64,000 nt of DNA, taken from contig JBGFRI010000038.1 of the NCBI GenBank assembly GCA_041695225.1, positions 1-64,000 on the forward strand, in the 5' to 3' direction. A program made the position numbers and the translations under genes. This stretch comes from Deinococcota bacterium. GTDB lineage: Bacteria > Deinococcota > Deinococci > Deinococcales > Thermaceae. Below are positions 36,152 through 47,950 of the stretch, piece by piece; the first letter of the stretch is position 1, and each line of letters starts with the position of its first letter. A model generated the notes under the pieces. The model searched no databases and was not told the DNA's origin. It saw only the letters and a list, made by a program, of their open reading frames with translations.

Positions 36152-36364
36152 CTACTGGGGTATCAGCTCAATCTCGCCCGCGGCGGCCTCAAAGCCCACC
36201 CGCTTGTGGGTTCCATCGCAAAAGGGTTTGTTTTCCGACGCTCCACAACGGCACAGGGCCAGCTTGGGTCGGTCCAGAACTCGTGCTTCTCCGTTGAGGG
36301 TAAACCTGCTTCCTTCAGGAAGGTCCACAACCAGCGAGCCATTTTCGCGCAGACGAATTCTCAT
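36152..36364 (-). CDS. CDGSH iron-sulfur domain protein
   Basis: LCRCGASENKPFCDGTH. Confidence 0.92.
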   Translation of the reverse strand: MRIRLRENGSLVVDLPEGSRFTLNGEARVLDRPKLALCRCGASENKPFCDGTHKRVGFEAAAGEIELIPQ

Positions 36365-36508
36365 CTTCTTTAGTCTAAGCAGTAATCGTTTGGCGTGATT
36401 ACAGGGTCAGAAGACCAGTATTTTCCAGCAGGGGGAGACAACTGATCGGAGCTGGGCTGCACGAAGCGTTAGTTGGCCTGTGCAGCCTGTCAGGCCCAAA
36501 GGCGTACC

Positions 36509-37282
36509 TCAGTACGTAAAGTGCTTGATCTGCTCACCCCTGGCGCCAATATCGGTCATGGCCTCGAGGCCCAGCTCGAGGTGCACCTCCACCCACTTCT
36601 CGGTCACCTCGCGGTCCGAGACCTCGGTTTTCACGCCGTCAGGCGTGATGGGCACATCCGAGACCAGCAACAGGGCGCCGCGGGCAATCTCGTTGTGGTG
36701 GCCCACAATAAAAATGGTGGCGGTCTCCATATCAATGCCCAGACAGGTCATGCGTTTGAGGCGCTCTAAGAACTCCTGGTCGTGTTCCCAGACCCGGCGG
36801 TTGGTGGTATAGATTACCCCAGTGCGGTACTCTAGCCCCCTGGCCGCGATTTTTTCCGAGACAAACTTGTGCAGCTTGAAACTGGGCAGGGCGGGCACTT
36901 CGGGTGGGAAGTAGTCGTTGGAGGTACCCTCGCCACGAATAGCGGCAATGGGCAGGATGAAATGGCCGATCTCGGTGCTGCGCTTAAGCCCCCCGCACTT
37001 GCCTAAAAACAATACCCCCTTGGGCATACGGGCCGATAGTAAGTCCATAATGGTGGCCGCATTGGCGCTGCCCATGCCAAAGTTGATGATGGTCAGGCCG
37101 GCGGCGTTGGTGGCAGCCTGCATGGCCCTCCCTTCGCCATAAACACTGCAACCAAACCTGCCGGCAAAACGCTCGATGTAATCGGAAAAGTTGGTCAGCA
37201 GGATATAATCGCCAAATGCATCCAGGGGCATTCCGGTATAGCGGGGAAGCCAGTTACGGGCGATCTCGAGTTTTTCCTTCAT
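36509..37282 (-). CDS. amn: AMP nucleosidase
   Basis: NWLPRYTG, LLTNF, GMGSANAA, GKCGGL, DMETAT. Confidence 0.9.
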   Translation of the reverse strand: MKEKLEIARNWLPRYTGMPLDAFGDYILLTNFSDYIERFAGRFGCSVYGEGRAMQAATNAAGLTIINFGMGSANAATIMDLLSARMPKGVLFLGKCGGLKRSTEIGHFILPIAAIRGEGTSNDYFPPEVPALPSFKLHKFVSEKIAARGLEYRTGVIYTTNRRVWEHDQEFLERLKRMTCLGIDMETATIFIVGHHNEIARGALLLVSDVPITPDGVKTEVSDREVTEKWVEVHLELGLEAMTDIGARGEQIKHFTY

Positions 37283-37374
37283 AAACCTATTATGCCCAGC
37301 CCTAGCCCCACCCAGTGTGAACAGGGGCTGGCAACGACCAGACACCTCCCGCCTCGAGCCCGTGTGGCCGTACG

Positions 37375-37658
37375 TTTATGAAGCGTCTCAAGTCTCAGGT
37401 CTTTTTGGCTTGCGACCTGCGACCTGCGTCATTCAATGAGTCGATAGTCGATAGTCAATAGTCGATAGTCAATAGTCAATAGTCGATAGTCAATAGTCAA
37501 TAGTCAATAGTCCATAGCCGATAGCCCGTAGCTAATAGCTGATAGCCGGTAGCTTTTGACCTTCGACCTACGACCTACGACCTGCGACATCTTTTGTGAA
37601 GCGTCAGCCCCCAGCTTCATGCTCCGGGGTAAGTCAGGACGGATGGGCAACTTTTGAG
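37375..37658 (+). repeat. Composite heptamer-rich direct repeat, copy 1 (copy 2 at 38773-38984)
   Basis: Shared unique anchors tttatgaagcgtctcaa, gtcattcaatgagtcgatag, gtgaagcgtcagcccc, tcaggacggatgggcaac. Confidence 0.9.
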
Positions 37659-37690
37659 GCGGGTTAATTCCCTCAGCATAAGGCAGAGTC

Positions 37691-38984
<1,294 letters not shown>

Positions 38985-39140
38985 AAGCTGATAGCCGATA
39001 GCTGATGGCTGCCAGCAACAACGGCTTTTAGCTATCCGCTATAAGCTATAAGCTATTAGCCAGTGTGAAGCTATTAGCCAGTGTGCTCCTAGCAAATGTC
39101 CGACCCACAGGGAATCCGGTAGAGCCCATAAACTAATCCC

Positions 39141-39473
39141 ATGAGCTGGATTGCTGCGTTTGTGGTGTTGCTTCTCATAATCGGGCTGTTTGGTCTGGTC
39201 AACTACTGGAGCTACCGCCGGGTTGAGAAGGCGCAGCAGGAGTGGTTTCGCCGGATGTTGGGAGAGGGGGTAGACATCGAGGCCTTTCTTCAGTCGGCCC
39301 CCTACGAGTACAAACCCCTCAAAGGCGCCAAAGCATATGGCATTCTCGATAAGCGCACCGGCGAGGAGGTCTACCGGGTAGCATCCCCCGAGGAGGCCGA
39401 GGCCTGGATCGTGACCAACACCCTGGCCGAGCGGGGCGAGCTACCCTTGCCTGCCGACCGGCCCAAGGGCTAG
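39141..39473 (+). CDS. Hypothetical membrane-anchored protein
   Basis: N-terminal TM, host-like codon usage. Confidence 0.75.
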   Translation: MSWIAAFVVLLLIIGLFGLVNYWSYRRVEKAQQEWFRRMLGEGVDIEAFLQSAPYEYKPLKGAKAYGILDKRTGEEVYRVASPEEAEAWIVTNTLAERGELPLPADRPKG

Positions 39474-39648
39474 AGGTTTTGGTCTCGGTTTTGACCTTCG
39501 ACCTCAAACCATGGCCGATAGCTAATAGCTGATAGCTGAAAGCCTAAAGCTGAAAGCTAAAAGCCTTAGGCCTTCAGCCTTCGGCCTTTATTTGACCTGC
39601 GACCTGTGACTTGCGACCATCGACCTTCGTCTTTCGACTTGCGACCGG

Positions 39649-40452
39649 TTAAAGCCGCTGACACCCCGGGCAAAAGTGCGTCCCGCGGCCGCCCACCACC
39701 ATCCTGACAACACTACCCCCACAGCCTTTGCGCTTACAGGGCTGTCCAGCACGGCCGTAAGCGCTCAGCTCGAGCTGGAAATAGCCTGGCTCCCCACTGG
39801 GCAGAAGGTAGCTCTGGTCAGACAAGGTAGAACCCCCGGCCTCAACCGCCCGCCCCATCACCTCTCGTATGGCCCGGTAGAGTCTTGATACCTCGAGCGC
39901 CCCGAGCGCATTGCTGGGCCGTTCGGGGTGAATCCGGCCCAGCCACAGTGACTCGTCGGCATAGATGTTTCCCACACCCGCCACGGCTGCCTGGCTCAGC
40001 AAAACTTCCTTAACTTTTCGGCTGGTCTGCATTAGCGAGTGTTTGAACTGAGCAAGGGTAAACTCTGGCGAGAGCGGCTCTGGCCCCAGGCGGTTTAGCA
40101 GATCTATCTCGCGGTAGTCACCGGCCCTGACCACCCACCATTTACCAAAGCGACGGGGGTCGGTGAAGTAGAGGGTCTGGCCGGGTAGTTGCAGGGTGAC
40201 TCGAGTATGGCGGTGCGGGGCAAAACGAAAGCCTCCGGTCATGCCCAGATGCACAATGGCCTCGAGCTCTTTGTCCATGTGCAGAATAAGGTACTTTCCC
40301 CGGCGGGAGGCCCCCAACACCTGGCGCCCCTCGGCCAGCTCGGTATGCCGGTAGCGGCTGGGGTCGTTGTGGAGGAGCCTCTGGATACGCTGGCCCAGCA
40401 GATAGGGCTCCAGGATGCGCCGGATGGTCTCGACCTCGGGAAGCTCTGGCAT
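39649..40452 (-). CDS. mutM: Formamidopyrimidine-DNA glycosylase
   Basis: MPELPEVET, HLGMTG, GVGNIYADE, C-terminal zinc finger. Confidence 0.97.
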   Translation of the reverse strand: MPELPEVETIRRILEPYLLGQRIQRLLHNDPSRYRHTELAEGRQVLGASRRGKYLILHMDKELEAIVHLGMTGGFRFAPHRHTRVTLQLPGQTLYFTDPRRFGKWWVVRAGDYREIDLLNRLGPEPLSPEFTLAQFKHSLMQTSRKVKEVLLSQAAVAGVGNIYADESLWLGRIHPERPSNALGALEVSRLYRAIREVMGRAVEAGGSTLSDQSYLLPSGEPGYFQLELSAYGRAGQPCKRKGCGGSVVRMVVGGRGTHFCPGCQRL

Positions 40453-40608
40453 AGATTAATCACCCCCATCCCTTCGACTGCGCTCAGGACAAGCCTCGGC
40501 CACTACGTCACCCAGTCTATAGCAGTACCCAGAATATCCCCACGACCGCCACAACAGCCAAAAAAACAGCACAGTTATGGCGGCCAGAGCAGCAAAATGC
40601 CCAGGTAC

Positions 40609-41295
40609 TTACGGCAGATTTTGCAGCCGTTCTTTGGCGAAACCCTGTTCAACCCGCTCGGCCGCGTTACGTGGGGTGAGGCGCAGCGCCAGCTCGAGCT
40701 GGAGGCGAGCGTCTGCAACAGCGCCCAGCTCAGCCAGGGCCAGGGCATACCAGACCCGGATCAGCACCGAGCCCGGCTCGAGGCGCACAGCCTCTTCAAA
40801 GAGCGGTCTGACCCGCTTCAGGTCGGCTCCCAACAGCCAGCCTACCCGGGTTCTGTGCAAACTCAGGTGCCAGAGCGCCAGAGCTGCCCTGGCCTCGGCG
40901 AGAGCGGGCTTGAGTTGCAGGGCCTGGTGTAAGTGTCCTCGCACCGCATTGGCAGCCAGGGCCTGCTCCAGTAGATTTTTTCGGATGACTTGTCCAGCAA
41001 TAGCCCGGGCTAGCTCGAAGTATGCTTCGGCAGATCTGGGGCCGAGTTCCAGGGCTCGTTGCGCGGCCTCCTGCCCCCGCGCAAACCACTCGGCCACCTC
41101 TTTTGGGTCCTGGGTTCCATAGTTGGCCTGAAGGTTAGCCGCATGGGCTGCAAGCAGCCAGCCAGCTGCTCCGCCGGTGGTGCGCCCATATTCATAGGCT
41201 TCGGTATAACGCCCTTCAACCAGGAGCGGGCTGGCAGAGGCCAGCCCCAGGCCCAGCAGCCATAAGCATGGTAATAGTATGCGCATATACACCAC
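40609..41295 (-). CDS. Secreted TPR-like protein
   Basis: Signal peptide, helical TPR-like repeats. Confidence 0.7.
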   Translation of the reverse strand: MVYMRILLPCLWLLGLGLASASPLLVEGRYTEAYEYGRTTGGAAGWLLAAHAANLQANYGTQDPKEVAEWFARGQEAAQRALELGPRSAEAYFELARAIAGQVIRKNLLEQALAANAVRGHLHQALQLKPALAEARAALALWHLSLHRTRVGWLLGADLKRVRPLFEEAVRLEPGSVLIRVWYALALAELGAVADARLQLELALRLTPRNAAERVEQGFAKERLQNLP

Positions 41296-41310
41296 AGCAT
41301 AGCGCCTCTT

Positions 41311-41586
41311 CTATTTGCCAGCGCGCTCTGGGGTACGGGGACTATCCAGCGCACGGCGGCACTCGCGGAATACGTATAGCACCAGTATGGGAAAGGGGAT
41401 ATCCTGTTTCAAGGCCTCCTGCACAGCACAATAACGGCTCCGATCAGCCTTACGAACCCTGGGAGCCAGCGCGGTCCATAGTTGCAGCAAACCTTCACGG
41501 CTATGTGGCAGCGCTTCCTCAAAGCGTTTCAGAGGGTCGGCGGCAGCTTCCATCCTCAACACATAAGGCTGGGCAGGCTTGATCAC
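41311..41586 (-). CDS. Hypothetical protein
   Basis: Co-oriented ORF in the ldrP run of genes. Confidence 0.55.
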   Translation of the reverse strand: MIKPAQPYVLRMEAAADPLKRFEEALPHSREGLLQLWTALAPRVRKADRSRYCAVQEALKQDIPFPILVLYVFRECRRALDSPRTPERAGK

Positions 41587-41630
41587 GCCACCAGGGTAGA
41601 CCTGCTTGGGTTTTCCAACCGTATCACAGA

Positions 41631-42530
41631 CTAAGCACTGACCGGCCGTTTAGTGGTCAGCATTCCGGGCAATTCCACTTCCAAGGAGCGCTCCGACAAA
41701 GAAAAAGCCCCCCGCATATACCTCGGGTCGGCAGTATTGCTCAACTTGAGCTGCCGGTACTGGTCCAGTGTTATGGGGCTAATGGGCAAGGGCGAGATCA
41801 GTGGCACCACCAGATCCATCAGGGCCAGCGGAATGGAAAGCAGGGGTTTTCTGTAGCCCAGGGTATCGCGCACCAGTAGTAGCAATTCGCGGAAGGTATA
41901 CTCCTTGGGCCCCACCAGGTTGTAGCTGCGGTGAATGGTAGCTGGCCGGCTCAGGGCCTGGGCAAAAGCCATGGCCACATCCCCAGCCCAGATCGGGCGA
42001 AATACAAAACTGCCATCGCCAATCTGGGGAATAAAAGGAAGCGGTGCAGTAACCAAACCCTTCAGGACGCGGCTGAAAAACTCGTCGCCCTGACCAAAAA
42101 TCAGGCTGGGGCGCAGAATAGTCCAGTCCAGCCCGGAAGCCTGTACCAGTTCTTCGCCAAGGGCCTTGGTCTCGTAGTAGCGGCTGCCGGTGCCAGGGGC
42201 TACTCCCAGCGCCGACATGTGCACAAAGCGCCGGATGCCCCCCGACCTGGCCGCGGCCAGGCTATGGCTTACCCCTTCCACGTGGGCCTGGCGAAAGGTC
42301 TGGTCTCCACGCTCGCGGATGATACCCACCAGGTAGATCAGGGCCTGGTGTCCCTGGGCAGCTTCTTCCAGGCCCTCGCCTTTGACAGCATCGGCCGAGA
42401 TATATTGCACACCCTTCAGACTGCCTTCACCGCGCCTCGAGGCGATGGTGACCTGGTGGCCCTGCTCCAACAGGTGTCTGGCCATGTGGCCTCCCACATA
42501 GCCGCTGCCGCCAACCAATAGTACCTTCAT
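41631..42530 (-). CDS. NAD-dependent epimerase / complex I NDUFA9-like protein
   Basis: GGSGYVG, HMSALG, YYETK, RPSLIFG. Confidence 0.9.
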   Translation of the reverse strand: MKVLLVGGSGYVGGHMARHLLEQGHQVTIASRRGEGSLKGVQYISADAVKGEGLEEAAQGHQALIYLVGIIRERGDQTFRQAHVEGVSHSLAAARSGGIRRFVHMSALGVAPGTGSRYYETKALGEELVQASGLDWTILRPSLIFGQGDEFFSRVLKGLVTAPLPFIPQIGDGSFVFRPIWAGDVAMAFAQALSRPATIHRSYNLVGPKEYTFRELLLLVRDTLGYRKPLLSIPLALMDLVVPLISPLPISPITLDQYRQLKLSNTADPRYMRGAFSLSERSLEVELPGMLTTKRPVSA

Positions 42531-42539
42531 CTGCTAACC

Positions 42540-43130
42540 TCAGACCGCTTGCAGCATACCGCCCTCGGCCTCGAGTTCCAAGGTCTGGTTATCCATTAGA
42601 TAAATCTTGCGGTAGCCGGTGTCCAGAATGCCTTCGTCGCGCAGATCGGAGAGCAGCTTGCTTACCGATTCACGCGTGGAAGCAGTAGCATCGGCAATTT
42701 CCTCGTGGCTGGCTGTGACGTAGAGGCCGCGGTCATCCTGGCCCCTGGCGGCAGTGGCAGCCAGGTAGAGCAGGTAGCGGCAGATGCGGCTGCGGAGTTC
42801 ACCCCACTGCAGATGGGTCTCGTAGGCCTGGACCTGCAGCATCTGGCTGGCCAGGTTTCCAGCCAGGGCACGCAGGTCATCGCTGGAAAGGGTTTCGGGA
42901 TCTACCGCGACAGCAGCAGCCTCGGTCAGGGCTTCGGCGGTGTATTTATACTGTGCCTCCGCGAGCGCTTCTTCACCAAAGTAGTCACCAGGCATAATGT
43001 GCCGCAGGGTGAGCTGCCGTCCATCTGGCAGAATCTCGATGATGCGTACTAGGCCCTGCTCCAGACGGTAGATTGCATCTGTGCGGTCGCCTGCGCGATA
43101 AACTACTTCCTTTCTGCGTACCTTTTTCAT
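42540..43130 (-). CDS. ldrP: CRP/FNR-family regulator LdrP
   Basis: GDYFGEEAL, HTH STRESVSKLL; directly downstream of litR/carH. Confidence 0.85.
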   Translation of the reverse strand: MKKVRRKEVVYRAGDRTDAIYRLEQGLVRIIEILPDGRQLTLRHIMPGDYFGEEALAEAQYKYTAEALTEAAAVAVDPETLSSDDLRALAGNLASQMLQVQAYETHLQWGELRSRICRYLLYLAATAARGQDDRGLYVTASHEEIADATASTRESVSKLLSDLRDEGILDTGYRKIYLMDNQTLELEAEGGMLQAV

Positions 43131-43185
43131 AAATCCTCCTGGGCCTTAGCGTCAGCACTGCAATAGCAGAGATGTCTCCTACCGT

Positions 43186-44067
43186 TCACCGCAGACCCGC
43201 CTCCTGCATAAGCGGCATCAGCTTTTCCACCAGCTCGCGTGGATCGTTGCCCAGGTAATGCGCCCCTAGCCTCTTTATGGCGTCAGGGTCGTCTGCAGCA
43301 GCCCGTCCGCCGACAACCACTACCGGTGCCAGGCCGAGCAGGGCCAGACGGGGCAAAGACTCCAGCGAGATCGGCTGAATAGCCGACAGAACAATGGCTC
43401 TGGCCCCAGTACGCTCGGCGAATGATCGGAGGTCGGCCAGTGGGGTGTTGGGTCCCAGGTAGTGCACGGTATAGCCTGCTCGGCGCAGAAACAGCGCGGC
43501 AATCAGGCTCCCAATCTCGTGCAGTTCACCAGGCAGGGTCGAGACCAGCAGTGTAGGGCCCAGCGAGCCCCCCATCAGGTTAAACAGGCCCTGCAGGGTA
43601 CCGCGTAAATAGGTGCTGGCGAAGTGTTCTTGCGCGGTAGTAACCCGGTCCAGATGCCAGCCATCGCCGATCTGGCGCAAGCAGGACGAGATCACCTCAA
43701 TCACCACGGTTTCTAGCGGGTGAAGCCGGTAGGCTTCCGAAAGAATCCTTTCGGCGGTCTCACTGTCGGCCCGCAGCAGGGCTTCTTCCAGCTCGAGTGC
43801 AAGGGTTTCGGGAGGGCGGGGCCCCTCCTGGGTCAGGCCCTCGAGGTAGCGCTTGACGGCCTGGGCCGGGGCCACTCCCCCGGCAATCCAGTGTTTGATC
43901 TGAGCAAGGGCTTCCAGATCGGTCTCGCTGTACAGCCTATGTCCACCTGGCGAGCGCTCGGGCCGGGGAAAGCCGTAGCGCCGCTCCCATTGACGAAGTA
44001 ATGCAGAGGACAAACCAGTGCGCTCCTCCACTTCGGCGATGGTGTAGACCCCCAGATCGTTACGCAT
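43186..44067 (-). CDS. carH: B12-dependent photoreceptor repressor CarH/LitR (MerR family)
   Basis: MerR RQWERRYG, Wx9EH (WHLDRVTTAQEH), ELHEIG B12 motif. Confidence 0.93.
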   Translation of the reverse strand: MRNDLGVYTIAEVEERTGLSSALLRQWERRYGFPRPERSPGGHRLYSETDLEALAQIKHWIAGGVAPAQAVKRYLEGLTQEGPRPPETLALELEEALLRADSETAERILSEAYRLHPLETVVIEVISSCLRQIGDGWHLDRVTTAQEHFASTYLRGTLQGLFNLMGGSLGPTLLVSTLPGELHEIGSLIAALFLRRAGYTVHYLGPNTPLADLRSFAERTGARAIVLSAIQPISLESLPRLALLGLAPVVVVGGRAAADDPDAIKRLGAHYLGNDPRELVEKLMPLMQEAGLR

Positions 44068-44104
44068 CGGAAAACCCTTTTGCCACTTAGTAGACTAGCC
44101 TACT

Positions 44105-44154
44105 GTCTAAGTTGTGTCAAGACTTTGGCGCATATACGTATATAATGTGTACAA
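44105..44154. promoter_or_regulatory. Candidate CarH operator in the divergent promoter
   Basis: Minus-strand TnnACA-type motifs at 11-bp spacing: TTGACA/TAGACA and TGTACA/TATACG. Confidence 0.55.
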
Positions 44155-44882
44155 GTATGAGGAGGTATTGTAGTCTGGGGTTTAACGCGAATCAAATCTT
44201 GGCCGATCACCGGCAGCAGTTACCAACAACCTTGGCGGCTCGAGTCAACCTTATCCCGCTCACCGCAATTGCCTATGAAATTTGGCGAAAAAGAGCCCTA
44301 TCGCTGCTTTCTGGTAGACCCTTTCCGCTACACGAAGAGTTTGCTCTCATGGTCAAAGCCATGCAACCCGTTGCCGGATCGCAGTTTCTGGACCTTGGGA
44401 CGTCTACAGGCCTTTACGCCAGGGCTTTACTAAAGGCCGGAGCAGCGCGGGTCTATGGCCTGGACTTCTCGCCGCCGATGTTGCAAGTAGCCCTCAAGAA
44501 AGCCAGGGGCTATGAAGGTTTTGTGCCCCTGCTGGCCCATGCCGAGGCCATTCCGCTGCCCGAGGCCCAGGTAGATGGGGTAGTGGTGGGAGGGAGCTGG
44601 AACGAATTCCCCAATCCCCAGGCAGTTATAGATGAAATCCACCGGGTGCTCAAACCAGGTGGACGCCTCTGGATCATGTTTACCCACTACTCCAGCAGCC
44701 CCCTAAAGCGGGTGCTGGAATGCACAGGGCTTCGCTTTCCGGCCCTTCCTGAGCTACTGGGTTCACTATCCAGCAGGGGTTTTAGAGCAAGCGGCTGGAG
44801 GGAGGGCGCGGTGGGATTTGTGGTAGGGACAAAAGTCCCGAATGCGCAAACGAGGCATGCTAAAAAGCAGCATTCTCCCTAA
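44112..44882 (+). CDS. Class I SAM-dependent methyltransferase (start uncertain)
   Basis: LDLGTSTG, GLDFSPPML, HRVLKPGG. Confidence 0.85.
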   Translation: MCQDFGAYTYIMCTSMRRYCSLGFNANQILADHRQQLPTTLAARVNLIPLTAIAYEIWRKRALSLLSGRPFPLHEEFALMVKAMQPVAGSQFLDLGTSTGLYARALLKAGAARVYGLDFSPPMLQVALKKARGYEGFVPLLAHAEAIPLPEAQVDGVVVGGSWNEFPNPQAVIDEIHRVLKPGGRLWIMFTHYSSSPLKRVLECTGLRFPALPELLGSLSSRGFRASGWREGAVGFVVGTKVPNAQTRHAKKQHSP

Positions 44883-44903
44883 GGGCGCACCCAGGAGATC
44901 AGA

Positions 44904-45731
44904 ATGGAACCCAACTGGCAAGCTCTGTCGAAAATAATTCGTCGCCACTCGTCTACGTTTTACTTTGGTAGTCTGCTATTTAGGGGTGAAGCCCGCAAGG
45001 GAGCCTGGGCGGTTTATGTTGCTTGCCGCACTGGGGATGATGCTGTGGACCAGTCTTCCAACCGACTGGCAGATTTGAACGATTGGTGGGCTGGAATCGA
45101 GCGGGCCTATGCCGGAACACCTCGAGAGAACTGGGAACTGGCCTTGGCCTGGGCCTTGCAGCGCTGGGATATTCCCAAACACGCCTTTGCCGAGATGAGG
45201 GACGGCTTTCTGACCGATCTTACCCCGGTGCGCTTCGAAACCATGGAAGAATTGTATACCTATTGCTACCGGGTAGCCGGTACCGTAGGACTGATGATCG
45301 CACCCATTGGGGGCGCGGAAGAGGCAGGCCATAACTCTGCCATCAAACTGGGCCAGGCCATGCAGCTTACCAACTGCCTGCGAGACGTGGGTGAGGATCT
45401 GACCCTGGGACGGGTCTACCTGCCCGCCGAACTCATGCGCAAACACGGTGTGACTCTGGATGATCTGCGCCAGGGCTTTATCGGCCCGGGCTATGTGGGG
45501 CTGATGCGCGAACTGGCCGCCGAGGCCCGCAAACTCTACCGCGAGGGGCTAAGGGGTCTCAGGTATCTCAAGACCGGAAGGGAGGCTATTGCTCTGGCAA
45601 GTCTGCAGTACCAGTGCATTCTAGACAAGCTCGAGCAAAACGGCTGGGACAACCTCTCGCGCAGGGCCTCGCTGTCGGGCCTCGAGCGGGTGATGCTGCT
45701 GCCCAAGGCCATCTGTCTGCGAGGTGCTTAA
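44904..45731 (+). CDS. crtB: Phytoene synthase
   Basis: STFYFGS, DDAVD, YCYRVAGTVG, LGQAMQLTNCLRDVGED, GRVYLP. Confidence 0.96.
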   Translation: MEPNWQALSKIIRRHSSTFYFGSLLFRGEARKGAWAVYVACRTGDDAVDQSSNRLADLNDWWAGIERAYAGTPRENWELALAWALQRWDIPKHAFAEMRDGFLTDLTPVRFETMEELYTYCYRVAGTVGLMIAPIGGAEEAGHNSAIKLGQAMQLTNCLRDVGEDLTLGRVYLPAELMRKHGVTLDDLRQGFIGPGYVGLMRELAAEARKLYREGLRGLRYLKTGREAIALASLQYQCILDKLEQNGWDNLSRRASLSGLERVMLLPKAICLRGA

Positions 45732-45781
45732 CTCGAGCCCGAATGGTGTCTTGACAAAGCAGCCCACCTCACTGTTTGCGC

Positions 45782-46360
45782 TTAGCTAAGGGCTCGTTCG
45801 TAGACGTTCAATCGCACCTCCCGCCAGCCACGCGTTGCCAGCAGTTGTTTAAGCTCTGTCCGAAATCGCTTCCGGCGACCTTGAAGAGTCTGTTTCACCG
45901 CTGAACCATCAGGAAGGATTTTGCCAATCAAAACCCGAACGCTGCCGTCAGCGTTCCATTTCAGTCGGATATCATGACGCCCTTCGGTGATCAAGTGGGC
46001 AATTTCCTCGGCGAGCGGCTTTACGTTCAGTCTGGGCTGCATCGGCACAAGTTGCCGGTGGCCGCCGGTACGACAGGTGGCCTCGCGGGTTTCTACATTC
46101 ACCTGCCAGTACTGAAGTTTGGCACGTGTGGATCCTAAGAAGGTGGCGCCATGCCGCTCGAGCATAAAGCTGAGCACTGGTGGCTCCCAGAAGATGTTTT
46201 CCATACGCCCGCGCAACTTATAAGCCTTCATCCCTTCGGCGTTGGCGCCGCGGAAGTCGTGCCAGGCACTCGCCAGAAGGGACTCTAGTGGACCGCCGTC
46301 TGCAATAGGTCCCTGCGGGATCGAACTGAGGTATGCGAGGAGTTGGTGCATATTTCCCAT
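45782..46360 (-). CDS. Hypothetical protein, possible integron cassette
   Basis: Intact 192-aa ORF; flanked by degenerate attC-tail-like sequences (gcggctgaagcacagacccttggc; gctaagcgcaaacagtgagg). Confidence 0.65.
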   Translation of the reverse strand: MGNMHQLLAYLSSIPQGPIADGGPLESLLASAWHDFRGANAEGMKAYKLRGRMENIFWEPPVLSFMLERHGATFLGSTRAKLQYWQVNVETREATCRTGGHRQLVPMQPRLNVKPLAEEIAHLITEGRHDIRLKWNADGSVRVLIGKILPDGSAVKQTLQGRRKRFRTELKQLLATRGWREVRLNVYERALS

Positions 46361-46699
46361 GGTGACCGATCAGATGGAAGTCGGCCTCCAAGCCAGCCAA
46401 GGGTCTGTGCTTCAGCCGCCTCTCGGTTAAGGATAACAAAAGCACGGCGCAATTTCACAGAATATACAGAACTGTCGGGCTAAGCCTAAAAGTTGGCTGT
46501 AAGCCCTTGCTGGACGGCTAGATGCCTACCATCTTCTAACAGCCAGCATCAACCGCCCAAAATCTGCTCCTTTCTAGCGTTGTGTCGAATATTCCTCGCT
46601 CACCGCGCCGGAGTCGCTGCACAAAACCCGTTTGATTAATCCGTGCTAACATCATTCCCCTCCATAGCAAGCGTCAGGATTAATCCTCACCAAATCTTC

Positions 46700-46905
46700 G
46701 CGTTCCGTAATCCGACCTTGGGTATCCTGGCTCTAGCTCATTATCGCCCTGGTAGTGGTCGGGCTGGGGGTAGTGGCCAATCTGTGGCTAAGACCCAAAA
46801 CAACCGAAGCGGTCCCAAGGCTCGAGACCGCCACCATGCAGTGGGGGGTGTTCCGGGTTTCGGACTCGGGGCCGAGCATTCTCGAGCCGCGTCCACCCAC
46901 CGCCG
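46700..46905 (+). pseudogene. Possible N-terminal fragment of an efflux periplasmic adaptor subunit
   Basis: Manual translation LIIALVVVGLGVVANLWLRPK...LETATMQWGVFRVS with stops. Confidence 0.35.
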
Positions 46906-47247
46906 CTTGAGGGAAGGCAGCTACTTTGGCTTGATCGCAGTCGAGCTCCCATCGCAGGGTGAAAGAGGGGTAGTCTAGGGAGGGGGAGGCTCGAGGAGTT
47001 CTTGAAACGCCAGAGACGTGCTGGATCGAGGGAGCTGTGCTAACCTTAAAACTGTGGGCAAAAACAAGCATAATCGCAAGGTGATTGCCACAAATCAACT
47101 TCGCATTGAAGGGCATCGGCAAAAAATTGAACGCGAACTGAGCAAACCCCAAGCCGATTAAGGCCAGATTGAGTACTCCTGAACGAGATTCGCGCCTTTG
47201 AAGCCGCCATCGTCCGTTGCCAAAAGCGCTTGCTCAGGCGGAGCGTA

Positions 47248-47480
47248 TGATCGAAGTAGACAAGCTTGAGAAAATCCAAGCCCGCAACCGGGTGTTGTTG
47301 GAAGAGATGTGCCAGGAAGCCGAGCGGTTTATCGAACTGCTAACAGCCTGGTCGGCTTCGGGCGACGAAGACTTGAAGGCCGAGCTCGAGGCCCAGGTCA
47401 CCACCCTGCGCATCCATGCCCAGGTACTCGAGAAAAGCCTCGAGGCCGAGTCGGATGCAATGCCAGAGGACGAAGAATAA
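47248..47480 (+). CDS. Small acidic hypothetical protein (antitoxin-like)
   Basis: RBS ggag before ATG; helical acidic 77 aa. Confidence 0.55.
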
Positions 47481-47629
47481 GTATCCCAGAAGCTGTTGTC
47501 TTCAAAGCTGGAAGCAGCGTTAGGTGTTGCCGTTCCCCCCCCCACCAGGTGGGGAAAAAATATCCCCATCCAAGCGGTGTCAGCAGATGATTTGCAGAAA
47601 GGCCCGTGCCCTCGCAGCGGCTAGCAACA

Positions 47630-47917
47630 CTATGCTTCATAGCACAGCAAGACCATCTCCGCTGCTTGCTGGCGAAGCGGGACAAGCGATTGATAGGCGG
47701 GCGACCAAAACCAACCACTCACCGCTGCTACGCTCGGGAAACGGATAACGACAATGTCGGGGTGAGGGTTCTCGCCGGACAGCGCAGCTACTTGTTTGCC
47801 ACGAAAAACAAGCTCACCTCCCCAAGGCGCCAAAGTCTCTGGCACCTTACTTCGATATTCAGCCCACATTTCCGGGTTCTTCACGGTGATGTGACCGACG
47901 ACGTATGCGTTACTCAT
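47630..47917 (-). CDS. DUF1330-family protein, integron cassette
   Basis: AYVVG, YRSKV, GGELVFRG, VVIRFPS, SPAYQ; preceded by GTTGGGC. Confidence 0.88.
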   Translation of the reverse strand: MSNAYVVGHITVKNPEMWAEYRSKVPETLAPWGGELVFRGKQVAALSGENPHPDIVVIRFPSVAAVSGWFWSPAYQSLVPLRQQAAEMVLLCYEA

Positions 47918-47950
47918 TTGCATAGATTCTAAACGAAGGTTTGGTGAGAG

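Noticed and set aside
47523..47631. Segment bounded by gtgttgc/gcaacac as a MITE
   Set aside because: Only a 7-bp inverted repeat, a single copy and no clear target duplication.
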